A stretch of 64,000 bases of DNA from Longimicrobiales bacterium. GTDB taxonomy: Bacteria > Gemmatimonadota > Gemmatimonadetes > Longimicrobiales > Gaopeijiaceae. The notes below the pieces were generated by a model. That model saw only the letters and a program-made list of their open reading frames with translations, was not told the origin of the DNA and did no database searches. The DNA is taken from positions 96,001-160,000 of the forward strand of contig CBDDCX010000005.1 of assembly GCA_965226375.1 (NCBI GenBank), read 5' to 3'. Shown here piece by piece: positions 39,225 to 49,093 of this stretch. Numbering within the stretch: the stretch's first letter is position 1; each line of letters starts with the position of its first letter. The position numbers were made by a program, and so were the translations under genes.

Positions 39225-40337
39225 GTGGAGCCGCCGCCTCCGGAGGACGCCCCACCCTTCGGCCGGTTTTTTCTACCCGGCCCTACCGAAGTACATCCCG
39301 ATGTGCTCCGTGCTCAGGCGCGAGCCGTCATAGGCCATCGCGGGCCCGCGATCAAAGAGCTCATGGGCGAGCTGCAGACCGGTCTCAAGGACGTGTTCTG
39401 CACCGCTAGCCCCGTCCTGATTTCGACGTCTTCCGCTACGGGCCTTATGGAGGCCTCGTTACGCAACGGCGCCCGCTCCCGGGTACTCAGCCTGGTAAAC
39501 GGGGCGTTCAGTGAGCGTTTTGCCGACATCGCTGAGGCGTGCGGACTGGAGGTCGACACTCTCGACGTGGAGTGGGGCCAAACTTTGACTCCCGATGCGG
39601 TCCGTGGGCGCTTGGCCCAGGGTGAGTACGACGCGGTGACCGTAGTGCACTCCGAGACTTCGACCGGTGCGCTGAATCCGATTGCCGAGATCTCGGAGGC
39701 CGTTCGTGAGAACGAGGACGTGATGCTTCTGGTCGACTCGGTGACCGGGGTCGGTGGTGTGGAAGTCCAGACGGACGGGTGGAAGCTGGACTTCGTGCTC
39801 ACTGGATCACAGAAGGCCTTGGCGCTGCCACCGGGTCTGGCTTTCGGGGTGGCCTCGGAGCGGCTCATGGACCGCTCTCATGTAGCCCCCCGGAAAGGCG
39901 TGTACTTCGATCTTGAGCTATTCGCCAAGCAGCTCGACAATCTGCAAACACCCACCACCCCTGCCGTGTCGCTCTTCTTCGCGCTGGCGGAACAGCTCCG
40001 GCGTATCGCGGCCGAGGGGATGGTAAGTCGCTGGGCTCGCCACCGTACCATGGCCGAACGCTGTGCGCAGTGGGTGGACGCTATGCGAGACGAACACGGG
40101 ATCGGTCTCTCCATCCTCGCAGCCGAGGGCGAGCGATCGCCCACGGTGACGTGCGTGGTGTTGCCCGAAGGCCTGGAGGGTCCCGCCGTGGTCGCCGGTA
40201 TGAAGGAGCGCGGTTTCGTGATCGGTGGGGGATACGGCAAGCTGAAGAGCACGAGCTTTAGGATCGGACACATGGGCGATCATACGCTAGAGGAGCTCGA
40301 GGCCGTGTTGGAGGCGCTCGAGGAGGTGCTCACATGA
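39225..40337 (+). CDS. Class V aminotransferase (serine-pyruvate/alanine-glyoxylate type)
   Basis: PGPTEV, HSETSTG, VDSVT, GSQKALALPPGL and FRIGHMG. Confidence 0.92.
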   Translation: MEPPPPEDAPPFGRFFLPGPTEVHPDVLRAQARAVIGHRGPAIKELMGELQTGLKDVFCTASPVLISTSSATGLMEASLRNGARSRVLSLVNGAFSERFADIAEACGLEVDTLDVEWGQTLTPDAVRGRLAQGEYDAVTVVHSETSTGALNPIAEISEAVRENEDVMLLVDSVTGVGGVEVQTDGWKLDFVLTGSQKALALPPGLAFGVASERLMDRSHVAPRKGVYFDLELFAKQLDNLQTPTTPAVSLFFALAEQLRRIAAEGMVSRWARHRTMAERCAQWVDAMRDEHGIGLSILAAEGERSPTVTCVVLPEGLEGPAVVAGMKERGFVIGGGYGKLKSTSFRIGHMGDHTLEELEAVLEALEEVLT

Positions 40338-41938
40338 GCGACAAACTGGTGGTTGTAGCGGCGGACAAGATCTCAGCCTCGGGCCTGGCTCCCTTGACGG
40401 GAGATGACCGTTTCGCGGTCGTGTTGGCCAACGGGTGGGATACCGAGCAATTACACGAGGCCATGGCCAGGGCGCACGGCCTCATCGTGCGGAGCGCCAC
40501 CAAGGTCACCCGGGAGCTTCTGGAGGCGTCACCCAACCTTCGGGTCGTGGGCCGTGCCGGCGTCGGAGTGGACAATATCGATCTCGCCGTGGCCACGGAG
40601 CATGGCATTCCGGTCATCAACGCGCCGGAGGGTAACACGGTATCCGCCGCCGAGCTGGCCATGGCACTCATGCTGGCGGTGGCTCGCAAGGTGGCGGCGG
40701 CCGACAGCTCAGTGCGGGACGGCGAATGGGAGCGTTCGAGCTTTAGCGGTATGGAGCTGCGCGGTAAGACTCTGTCCCTCGTGGGTGCGGGCCGCATCGG
40801 GGCCGAGGTAGCTAGTCGGGCTCGGGCTTTCGGCATGCGCACCATCGCCCATGACCCTTACCTCACGGAAGACCGGGCCGAAGAGCTCGAGGTGGAGCGC
40901 GTCGGGCTGGCTGAGGCCTTATCCCAGGGCGATGTGATCTCCCTGCACGTGCCCCTCACACCCGCCACCGAGCGAATGATCGGCCGCCAAGAGCTGCAGT
41001 CCATGAAGCCGACGGCCATTCTGATCAACGCGGCCCGGGGGGGTGTGGTGGACGAGGACGCCCTGGTGGCGGCCCTCGAGGCCGAGGAGATCGCCGGAGC
41101 GGCCCTCGACGTCTACGAGACCGAGCCCCTGCAGGAGGGGAGCCCGCTTCGCGGAGCCCCCAACCTGGTGCTCACGCCGCACCTCGGGGCATCCACCGCC
41201 GAGGCCCAAGAACTGGTGGCGTTCGAGATCGCTGAAGGCGTTCGTGGAGCCCTTCTCGAGGGAGATCTCTCGAGGGCTCTCAACACACCCGCGATCGGGG
41301 GAGAGGAGCTCAAGGTGCTCCGGCCTCTATTCGATCTCGGCCGGAAGATGGGGCGGGTGGCCGCGGTGCTGGGCTGGGGGGGCATGCGACGTGTCGACAT
41401 CGGTCTGGCGGCCGAGACGGACGAGATTCTCCATCCGCTTTCCGCGGCTGTGATGACCGGCATGCTCACGCCGGTCGTGGGACGGCGCAACGTCAACTAC
41501 GTCAATGCTCTGCATCTGGCGGAGTCTAGACAAATCGCGGTCGGAACGGGACTCGTGAGCGAGCGCTCCGACTACTCCGAGTACCTAGAGGTGGTGCTGG
41601 AAACCGAGCGGCAGAAAGTCCGAATTTGTGGAGCCCTTCTCGGAGATCAACTACATCCGCGTATTGTCCAGATCGACGATTTCACCCTGAGCGTGAAGCC
41701 CGAGGGATGCCTGCTCGTGCTCCGGCACAAGGACGTGCCCGGTGTTATCGGAAAGGTCGGCACCCTGCTCGGCACGCATGGCCTGAACATCGCTGAGTAC
41801 GTGCAGGCCCGTCAGGACGAGGGTGGCGAGGCTCTGGCAGCCGTTACGGTGGACGGAAAGGTGGGATCCAGCCTTCTCGCGGTCCTACGTGAAGAGGACG
41901 ACATCTGCGACGCTCGAGCGGTGTTGTTGGGCGACTGA
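40334..41938 (+). CDS. serA: D-3-phosphoglycerate dehydrogenase (long form, with ACT domain)
   Basis: RAGVGVDNID, GAGRIG, INAARGGVVDE, TPHLGAST.EAQ and DVPGVIG. Confidence 0.95.
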   Translation: MSDKLVVVAADKISASGLAPLTGDDRFAVVLANGWDTEQLHEAMARAHGLIVRSATKVTRELLEASPNLRVVGRAGVGVDNIDLAVATEHGIPVINAPEGNTVSAAELAMALMLAVARKVAAADSSVRDGEWERSSFSGMELRGKTLSLVGAGRIGAEVASRARAFGMRTIAHDPYLTEDRAEELEVERVGLAEALSQGDVISLHVPLTPATERMIGRQELQSMKPTAILINAARGGVVDEDALVAALEAEEIAGAALDVYETEPLQEGSPLRGAPNLVLTPHLGASTAEAQELVAFEIAEGVRGALLEGDLSRALNTPAIGGEELKVLRPLFDLGRKMGRVAAVLGWGGMRRVDIGLAAETDEILHPLSAAVMTGMLTPVVGRRNVNYVNALHLAESRQIAVGTGLVSERSDYSEYLEVVLETERQKVRICGALLGDQLHPRIVQIDDFTLSVKPEGCLLVLRHKDVPGVIGKVGTLLGTHGLNIAEYVQARQDEGGEALAAVTVDGKVGSSLLAVLREEDDICDARAVLLGD

Positions 41939-42040
41939 GCCCGCGTCCCCGGACGAGGGATGACAGCGCTTTTGGATCTCCGATCCGGAGCGTTCGGGAC
42001 TATGTGACCGGAGCGCTTGCTGAGCCCGATTCGAGGGTCG

Positions 42041-44192
42041 TCAGGGACGAAGTACGTTGTACTCCCTTAGAACGCGCACGACCTCATCGACATCGATCGC
42101 GTCCGCCGTGCGGCCCATGCCGGAGACGGTGGTCGCCTTGAGCAGCGAGTTGTAGATCGCTTCCTGGGTCGCTTCGGCCGCACCCTCGAACAGCGCCGAG
42201 AGTCGATCGTTCGGCACCTCGATGGACTCCGTCCACTCCTCGCCGGGCTGACGTCTCACTCCTTCGGCGGTCGAAAACGCGATGACATAGTCACCCGACC
42301 CGTTCCCGGCAAACGAGCCTGTGCGGGCCAGGCCCATGATCGGAACCTGTCAACGACAATGGGACACTCTACGGGATTAATTAGAGAGCAATGTCCTGTG
42401 TGGTGAGGGAAGGGATGGGAGGATTGATGAAGACGGCCTCCGGGAGCGGTTTGGGCTTCGGCACACCTCTGACGAGCGTTCGGGATGAGCGGCCCATGCT
42501 TCGCGGAGCACGGATTTTGCCGGCAATGACCTGATCCGTTCGAGTGGACCTGCTCGGGGGTTAGCATCGATGCCGCCATGGCGGTGCTCGGCATTGTACC
42601 AGCGGAAGAACGATCGACAGAACGTCTTGGCTTGGCCCTGATCCCCGAACCGTCCGGGAAACGAGGGATGGTACTTAAGGTTTGAACTGAGCCTCGGAAA
42701 ACGGGTTGTCATCCGACACCTGAGGCCGGCTCAACGAACGCGCGAGAAGTTGAGCGACATTGGAGCTCGATCGACAGGGTCGACCCGGGGCTGGACGCCG
42801 CTTCCAGCTCTGCGATCAACCGGCCGGCCCGATGCCACCATCCGGAGAGCGGCTGTAGATGTCCATGATCGCTCCACTTCTTGATATCCCAGCAGCGAGT
42901 TGTAGATCGCTTCCTGGGTCAGCGATACATCGTGCGTTCGCTGCACAGGTAGACCTCTTCGTCGAGCAGCGTGGCCACACCTCGGCGGGTGAGCGTCCAC
43001 GAACCGCTCCGAACACAGCGTGTCGAGACCTCGCCTCGTTCCGTCTCGCTCAATGCCCGGGCGGGCGTCGGGCGGGGCTGCTGTTGCCCGGTTGATGGGC
43101 CTCGACGAGAGTCGATCGTTCGGCACCTCGATGTCGACTCCGTGCACCACTCCTCGCCGGGCTGACGTCTCACTCCTTCGGCGGTCGAAAACGCGATGTA
43201 CATAGTCACCCGACCCGTTCCGAATCCGCAGCTTGTACGACGGACTGAACCGCCGCCGTAGCGGCAAACGAGCCTGTGCGGGCCAGGCCCATGATCGCCC
43301 TCTTGGCCAGGCGTTCGAGCTTCAGGGGCGAGAGGGGAGCGTCGGTGGCCACGACCATCATGATGGACCCCTGACCCTCGTCCGCATCCGTCCATGTGCC
43401 GGCGTCGGCGGCATCAGAGTCCTGATCCTGGGCACCACCTTCGACCGCATTGCGGAAGGAGTAGCGGCCCAGCTCTTGTCCAACCGGTGCGCCCGCCATG
43501 GTGAGGATTCCACCGAAGTTGGACTGGACCAATACTCCCACCGTAAAGCCGCCTAGGCTCTCGGGGAGAATACGGCTGCTCGTGCCGATGCCGCCTTTCC
43601 ATCCAAAGGCCCGTGTGCCCCTTCCGGCGCCTACCGACCCCTCCTCGACCGGCCCGCTGCTCGCTGACTCGATGGCTTCGCGGACATGAGCCGGTGTGAT
43701 GGGACGATTCCGAATGTCGTTCAGCCCCCCGTCATTGGTCTCGCCCACCACAGCGTTCAGCGATCCGACACGCTCCATGCCCGGCTGCTCGAGTGCCCAC
43801 TCGACCATCGCGTCGGCGGCCTTCCACACACAGAGTGTGCAAGTAAGGAGCACGGGTGTCTCAAGCTCACCCAGTTCCCGCACCTGAGTCACACCGAGGA
43901 GCTTGCCGAACCCGTTCCCCACGTACATGGCCGCCGGCACCCGATCGTGATACAGGCTGCCACCGTGGGGTCGAATGGCCGTGACACCGGTGTTTACCCG
44001 ATCACCCTCTGTCACCGTCACCTGACCGACCAAGACGCCCTCTACGTCGGTGATGGCGTTCAGCGGTCCGGGAGCGAAGACTCCCACAGTCATGCCGAGG
44101 TCGCGCGCGCGGGGTCGGTCCTGGCTCACGGCGTCAGGGGCGAGAACGAGCATCGGAAGCGCAGCGAGGAAAAGAGTTCTGTGGGTAATCAT
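42041..44192 (-). pseudogene. DmpA / peptidase S58 (P1) aminopeptidase interrupted by IS3-type sequence
   Basis: N-part 44192..~43265 has NAITDV.GV.VG, NGFGK, GSVGAG.G and GSIMMVVATDAPL. C-part 42340..42041 has GSGDYVIAFST and TQEAIYNSL. Confidence 0.88.
42341..43262 (-). mobile_element. Fragmented IS3-family element interleaved with duplicated dmpA segments
   Basis: Transposase-like pieces RRRFSPSYKLRI, ATLLDEEVYLCSERTMYR, MDIYSR, LKYHPSFPGRF and WYNAEHRHGGI. A terminal-like sequence CGGAACCTGTCAACGACAATGGGACA starts at 42341. Confidence 0.8.
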
Positions 44193-44227
44193 GACGGCGC
44201 TCCATGTGCGTACGTTGTCAGATGGTG

Positions 44228-45142
44228 TCAGATGCGAACGGTGTCTATCAAGAGCAATGCAAGAAGAGCCGGTTGATAGAGCAGAGACCAAAGGAAGACC
44301 TTGCGAGCTCGCGTGCGGGACATTTCAGCCGCTGCCGCCAGCGAGAACCCCAACGTGATCAGACCCAGAACGATGGCTCCGGTCAGATATATCAAGCCCG
44401 TCATCCCGAGGTACGTGGGTAGGGTGCTGATCAGCAGGAGGGAGACCGAGTGGTACACCATGTGCTTCCCGATCCGGACGCCCTTGGGATCCGTGGGTGG
44501 GCTCAGGAAAAACCCCACCCGAGCGTAGTCCTCACGTAGGAGCCAGGCCAACCCCAGCACGTGGGGGAGCTGCCAGAGGAATGCGATGCAGAAGAGCACC
44601 ACGCCCCCGAACTCCACGGTGCCGGTTGCGGCGCTCCACCCGATCAGGGTCGGGAAGGCACCCGGCACGGCGCCCACCAGAGTGGCCAGGTAGGAGCGGG
44701 TCTTGAGAGGGGTGTAGGCCAGGATATACGCCGCGGCCGACGCCGCGGTAAGGACAGACGGAAGCCAACCGACCGTGACTCCCAGATAGATCAGCCCTAC
44801 CAGCAGGAGTCCCCAGCCGAACGCCAACGCCTCGAGTGGTTTGAGTCTTCCGGAAGGGAGGGGGCGCCTCTGTGTGCGCGTCATGATCGCGTCCACGTCC
44901 CGCTCTACGTACTGGTTGAGCGCCAGCGCTCCCGCGGTCCCCAGGGCGACTCCCAGCAGTGTATGCGTGACGGGCAGAAACTCCGCCTGGCCCTGGGCAG
45001 CGACGTAGTAGCTCACGCCGGCGGTGATCATGACGTATCCGGCGATACCCGGTTTCGTCAGCTCGTAGAGGGCTCGGACCTTACCCGTGCCTTGCTCAGG
45101 CGCCTGCTCCTCGAGCGCCTCGGTCACGACAGGCTCAGACAC
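44228..45142 (-). CDS. cyoE: Protoheme IX farnesyltransferase (heme O synthase)
   Basis: LTKPGI, NQYVERDVDAIMTRTQRRPLPSG, YTPLK, GAVPGA.P.LIGW and FLWQLPH. Confidence 0.96.
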   Translation of the reverse strand: MSEPVVTEALEEQAPEQGTGKVRALYELTKPGIAGYVMITAGVSYYVAAQGQAEFLPVTHTLLGVALGTAGALALNQYVERDVDAIMTRTQRRPLPSGRLKPLEALAFGWGLLLVGLIYLGVTVGWLPSVLTAASAAAYILAYTPLKTRSYLATLVGAVPGAFPTLIGWSAATGTVEFGGVVLFCIAFLWQLPHVLGLAWLLREDYARVGFFLSPPTDPKGVRIGKHMVYHSVSLLLISTLPTYLGMTGLIYLTGAIVLGLITLGFSLAAAAEMSRTRARKVFLWSLLYQPALLALLLIDTVRI

Positions 45143-45168
45143 GGGTCGTACGCCAGGGGCTCAACATC

Positions 45169-45993
45169 TCAACCCAGGGAATCCAGAGTGTCCCGCATGG
45201 ACATGGCGAGGCCTGTGAAGGCGGGCACATCGAAGAGGGTATACGACGACGATTCGGTGAGACGCAGGGCCATGAGCAGGTCGACGAAGCGCCCCGGATG
45301 ATCTGCCTCGAAAGCCACCACGAATTCTTGATCGTCCAATCCGTAGGAGTACGTGGTGTTGAGCTTCACGTCCGGCCATTGATGGCCGATGCGGATGTGC
45401 TCGTCCATCATGCGCTGACGGTCCTCGTGAGGGAGCTTGTACCACGCCCTTGTCTTGGCCATGGGATAGACGAACAGATATTTCGATCCCTGCGGGTTGA
45501 GGCCGACGCGTGATCGGTCCACAACGTCCGCGCCCCCGTAAGCCGCGATGTACTCCTTCTCATAGCGGTTCAGGTAGATGGACCGCTTGGTCATTGCGAA
45601 GTAGGAGTGGGGGAGCGAAAGGTATCCCCCGAGGGCCGTATGGTTGAGGGCTGCCGCCAGGTCGTGGAGCAGGTCCAGATCGGCTCCCGCCTGCCACAGA
45701 ATGAAGTCGGCATCACCGCGGGTTCCGACCAGTGCGTACGAGTAGATCATCATCGAGGTGACCCGGTCGGCCACGGCGTTCTCGAACTCGTCCTTGTGCT
45801 GTTCCCGCTCCTCTTTCGGGAGCCGACGCCAGGCGGGATCGAGCCGGAACACGGAGAAGCGCACGTACTCACGCTCCTTCATCTTCTCCTGCTCGGCCTG
45901 GATCTGCGCCCACGCGTCCCCGTCCATCGCAGGCCGCTTGGGCAGGTCGGGACGAAGGCCCCGTGGGATGTTCTGTTTGATGTCGGTCATCAC
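45169..45993 (-). CDS. hemQ: Coproheme decarboxylase (HemQ/ChdC; chlorite-dismutase fold)
   Basis: FVYPMAK (catalytic Tyr/Lys pattern), WY, proximal His in MDEHIRIG, and YSYGLDDQEFVVAFE. Directly upstream of cyoE. Confidence 0.75.
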   Translation of the reverse strand: MMTDIKQNIPRGLRPDLPKRPAMDGDAWAQIQAEQEKMKEREYVRFSVFRLDPAWRRLPKEEREQHKDEFENAVADRVTSMMIYSYALVGTRGDADFILWQAGADLDLLHDLAAALNHTALGGYLSLPHSYFAMTKRSIYLNRYEKEYIAAYGGADVVDRSRVGLNPQGSKYLFVYPMAKTRAWYKLPHEDRQRMMDEHIRIGHQWPDVKLNTTYSYGLDDQEFVVAFEADHPGRFVDLLMALRLTESSSYTLFDVPAFTGLAMSMRDTLDSLG

Positions 45994-46100
45994 TCAACTC
46001 ACGTATGGCAGGTGCGGTCCAACGAGCAACGAAGTTGTCCAAACGGGAAGGGGGTAGCAAGCACTGTGTGCGGGGCTCTTCGTACTTCTTCGATTGGCTT

Positions 46101-47474
46101 TTAGATCACCCCAAAGCCCACCAGCAGGATCATCGCCACCGCCAGCGGAATGAGCGCCATGACAAGCGGCTTCCAACTGGCGCCGACCTTCACCGCACCC
46201 GCTCCCTGGTTGAGGTCGTCCCGAAACCCCTCCCATCCCCAGGACACGGCCACATACAAGGCCAGGGTCAACGCGCCGATGGGCAAGAGCACACTTCCGG
46301 AGACGTAGTCCGTCAGCACGAACAGATCCATGCCGAACACGCTTAATTCGGACCACGGTCCCTGAGACAGCACTACAGGGACATTGAGCAGTAGCAGACC
46401 GCCTCCCACCAGGATTACACCCTTGGTTCGACCGATACTCCCGGAGTCGTCCAGGGTGGCTACGAGAACCTCGATCTGGGCCACCGCAGACGTCACTCCT
46501 GCCAAGAGAAGCAGCAGGAAAAAGGCGATGCTGAGAAGCTGTCCAGCAGGCATGTGGCCGAAGAGGTTCGCCATGGTGACAAAGAGGAGCCCGGGCCCCG
46601 CGTCGGGCTCCAGGCCGAACGCGAACAGGGCCGGGAAGATCACCAGGCCCGCGATGAAGGCGACCAGCGTGTCGAAGGCTACGACGATCGCCGCGCTGCC
46701 CGGCACGTCGCTCTGAGTGCGGTGGAGGTAGCTGCCGAACCCGAACGCGGCAGCCATGCCGATACCGATAGAGTAAAAGGACTGGCCCAGTGCGATGAGG
46801 ACCGCCTCACCGTCGAGAGCCGAGAAGTCCGGACGTAGATACCAGGCCAGCCCCTCAGCGGCACCGGGGAACGTCAGCGAGCGGACGGCGAGCCCCAAGA
46901 GGATCGCGAAGAAGAGGGGCATGCCGATCTGGGCGAGACGCTCAACCCCTTTGCGTACGCCCATCAAGACGATGGCACACATCGCGGCCAAGACTGCAGC
47001 CGTATGTGCCAAAACGACGCCGGGTCGCGAGACAAAATTCTCGTAGAGCCCCACGTAATCGCCTTGGGGAGGAGCAGCGAGATCTCCGGAAACGGCCATG
47101 ACCAGATACCCCGCGATCCAACCCAGGAGCATCAGGTAGTAACCCATGATGATGGTCGCGGTCGCCGTGCCCATCCACCCGATGGCGTTCCAGGGGTGTA
47201 GGGAGTTGCCGGTGGCTTGCTTCATTCCCGCGAGCGGAGTGAGTCGCAGTTTTCGTCCGAGACCGATCTCGGCAGTGAGCAGGGGAATGCCGATCAGGAC
47301 GCTGAATGCCACGTAGACGAGCAGGAAGGCAGCGCCCCCGTTGCTCCCCGTCACATAAGGGAAACGCCAGATGTTGCCGAGTCCCACGGCGAACCCCGCG
47401 GTCGCCATAATGAAGCCGAAGCGGCTGCCCCACGATTCGCGCGAACCTGACGGCGTGGTATCTGGTATACTCAT
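46101..47474 (-). CDS. Sodium-dependent transporter, NSS/SNF family
   Basis: RESWGSRFGF, AVGLGNIWRFPY, NGGAAFL, GQSFYS and GPGLLF. Confidence 0.95.
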   Translation of the reverse strand: MSIPDTTPSGSRESWGSRFGFIMATAGFAVGLGNIWRFPYVTGSNGGAAFLLVYVAFSVLIGIPLLTAEIGLGRKLRLTPLAGMKQATGNSLHPWNAIGWMGTATATIIMGYYLMLLGWIAGYLVMAVSGDLAAPPQGDYVGLYENFVSRPGVVLAHTAAVLAAMCAIVLMGVRKGVERLAQIGMPLFFAILLGLAVRSLTFPGAAEGLAWYLRPDFSALDGEAVLIALGQSFYSIGIGMAAAFGFGSYLHRTQSDVPGSAAIVVAFDTLVAFIAGLVIFPALFAFGLEPDAGPGLLFVTMANLFGHMPAGQLLSIAFFLLLLLAGVTSAVAQIEVLVATLDDSGSIGRTKGVILVGGGLLLLNVPVVLSQGPWSELSVFGMDLFVLTDYVSGSVLLPIGALTLALYVAVSWGWEGFRDDLNQGAGAVKVGASWKPLVMALIPLAVAMILLVGFGVI

Positions 47475-47602
47475 GCCCACCTGCCGTTTGCCGGCGTTTG
47501 AGAGCGGGATCTCGGCTGGCATGTTACGGGTTGGGTAGCCGCGGGCGAAACCCGAGCACGGGTAGAGCAGTACAATAGGTGTACACGTTGACGCAGGCAT
47601 GA

Positions 47603-48289
47603 GTGAGCCGATTCGAGATGACCGTGCACAGCAGCCATACTCTCAGCAATGCGGAGAGGCGATTCGCCGAGCGAAGGTTCTGGCGGAACGGGCTCATCGC
47701 CTCGGTTCTGATGCACCTGTTGATGTTCTACCTCTGGTCGTCCGAGGGTCCCCTCCAGTCTCCGTTCGCCGCCGCAGGTCCGCGGGCCGGGGACAACCGA
47801 GCCGCATCCGGTGGCATGCAGACGGTCAGCCTCAGAATCCCGCCGCCGCGTCCCATCATTCCTCCGAAGATTCCTCTGCCCACCGTCGAGCCCGTGTTGC
47901 AGCTGGAGATGGAGATGGAGGAACAGATCGAGACGGCGTCGATCCTGGGTGACCGTCCCGGGGACGATGGCCCGGGGCTCGCTGAAGGAGACGGTCGGGG
48001 TGACGGAGGTACGGCCGCGGAGGGTTTCTTCCGCATGGTCCCGCCTTCGCCCCGGGGAATGATCATCCCGCCGGCCAACAAGAGCCTGAAGGGGCAAGAG
48101 GTCGAGGTCTGGGTGTTCGTGAACGAGCTCGGACGGGTCGTCGCGGACTCAACTCAACTCAGGCCGCCCACGTCGGATGGGGACTTCAACCGGCGTCTCG
48201 TGCGAGAGGCCTCGGAGTGGGTGTTTGCGCCGGCCAAGAAGGGTGGGAAGGCCGTGAGCTCTTGGTTCCCTTATACGATTAGCATGTAG
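47603..48289 (+). CDS. TonB-like energy transducer
   Basis: TM helix with SVLMH (SxxxH), Pro-rich linker and C-terminal V.V.V.V...GRV...W.FAPAKKGGKAV. Confidence 0.72.
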   Translation: MSRFEMTVHSSHTLSNAERRFAERRFWRNGLIASVLMHLLMFYLWSSEGPLQSPFAAAGPRAGDNRAASGGMQTVSLRIPPPRPIIPPKIPLPTVEPVLQLEMEMEEQIETASILGDRPGDDGPGLAEGDGRGDGGTAAEGFFRMVPPSPRGMIIPPANKSLKGQEVEVWVFVNELGRVVADSTQLRPPTSDGDFNRRLVREASEWVFAPAKKGGKAVSSWFPYTISM

Positions 48290-48767
48290 GGGCCAGCGGC
48301 ACCCCCTCCACGATGTGCTCCTGAATCGCCTCTGCCCAGTGAGCCACATACTCATCGAACCCGTCGCCAAATGCCTGCACGAAGTCGTCCGCTTCGGCTG
48401 AGAGCGCGGTCATACGGTAGGTGACCCGGGCTCGGCTTTGGCCCGCGCCGGCGGGCTTTACCTCGACGTCCACTATTGTGACACGGTGGTTCGGTACCAC
48501 GTAGTTGTACGATGCCGCATAGCAGGTGGGGTCGAATCGCGTTTGCACCCAGGTCGCGGTCCCTTCACCCGTCATGGTCTGGAAGACAACGCCCTCCCCG
48601 ACCGAGGGTTTGGCCGGGTGCACATAGGTAGGGTCCCATCCGGCGACCCATCGCCGCTCTCCTTCGGGCTGAAAGAGCAGAAAGGCCTTCTCCGCGGAGA
48701 GAGCCATTTCGACCGACCCACGGCGCTCCACGTGGATGCGCTCGATCGGGTTGACGCCGTTGCTCAT
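48279..48767 (-). CDS. Hypothetical protein, SRPBCC/START-like
   Basis: AF.LF.PEGERRWVAGW, beta-rich core and C-terminal helix HWAEAI. Confidence 0.6.
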   Translation of the reverse strand: MSNGVNPIERIHVERRGSVEMALSAEKAFLLFQPEGERRWVAGWDPTYVHPAKPSVGEGVVFQTMTGEGTATWVQTRFDPTCYAASYNYVVPNHRVTIVDVEVKPAGAGQSRARVTYRMTALSAEADDFVQAFGDGFDEYVAHWAEAIQEHIVEGVPLAPTC

Positions 48768-48830
48768 AGTGTGACCCCAAACGGGATGGGTGCTCCTAAT
48801 GGTAACTTAGTACCAAGATAACACTGAATC

Positions 48831-49001
48831 ATATCGAGCAACGGGGTCGAAGGTCAGCAGAAGCTCGACTATGTGCTCTACCGCCTCCCTCCCGGTTTCC
48901 GGATGGAGCTGCTTCACCATCGGGTGGGGTTGGATGGCGAGCCGCCCCTCTCCGACCACTACGGAGTCCTGGTCGAGCTCGAGCTTCGGGCCGGCACGTA
49001 A
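48831..49001 (+). pseudogene. 3' remnant of an endonuclease/exonuclease/phosphatase (EEP) family gene
   Basis: Startless 56-codon frame reading ...KLDYVLYRLP...PLSDHYGVLVELELRAGT*; in-frame TGA just upstream at 48825. Confidence 0.7.
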
Positions 49002-49093
49002 TCTGGGCTCGAGCGGGGCCCTTGGCCTTCCAGGGATTCCCGGGCGTCGGGCCGTACCTTCTTTCGAATCCGGGCCGGGCTTAAGTTTCCGCC

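Noticed and set aside
45169..45993. Functional chlorite dismutase
   Set aside because: The distal Arg and signal peptide are absent, and the heme-pathway context favours ChdC.
48789..48816. GGTGCTCCTAA resembling the XerC arm of a dif site
   Set aside because: No TTATGTTAAAT-like XerD arm follows the 6-bp spacer.
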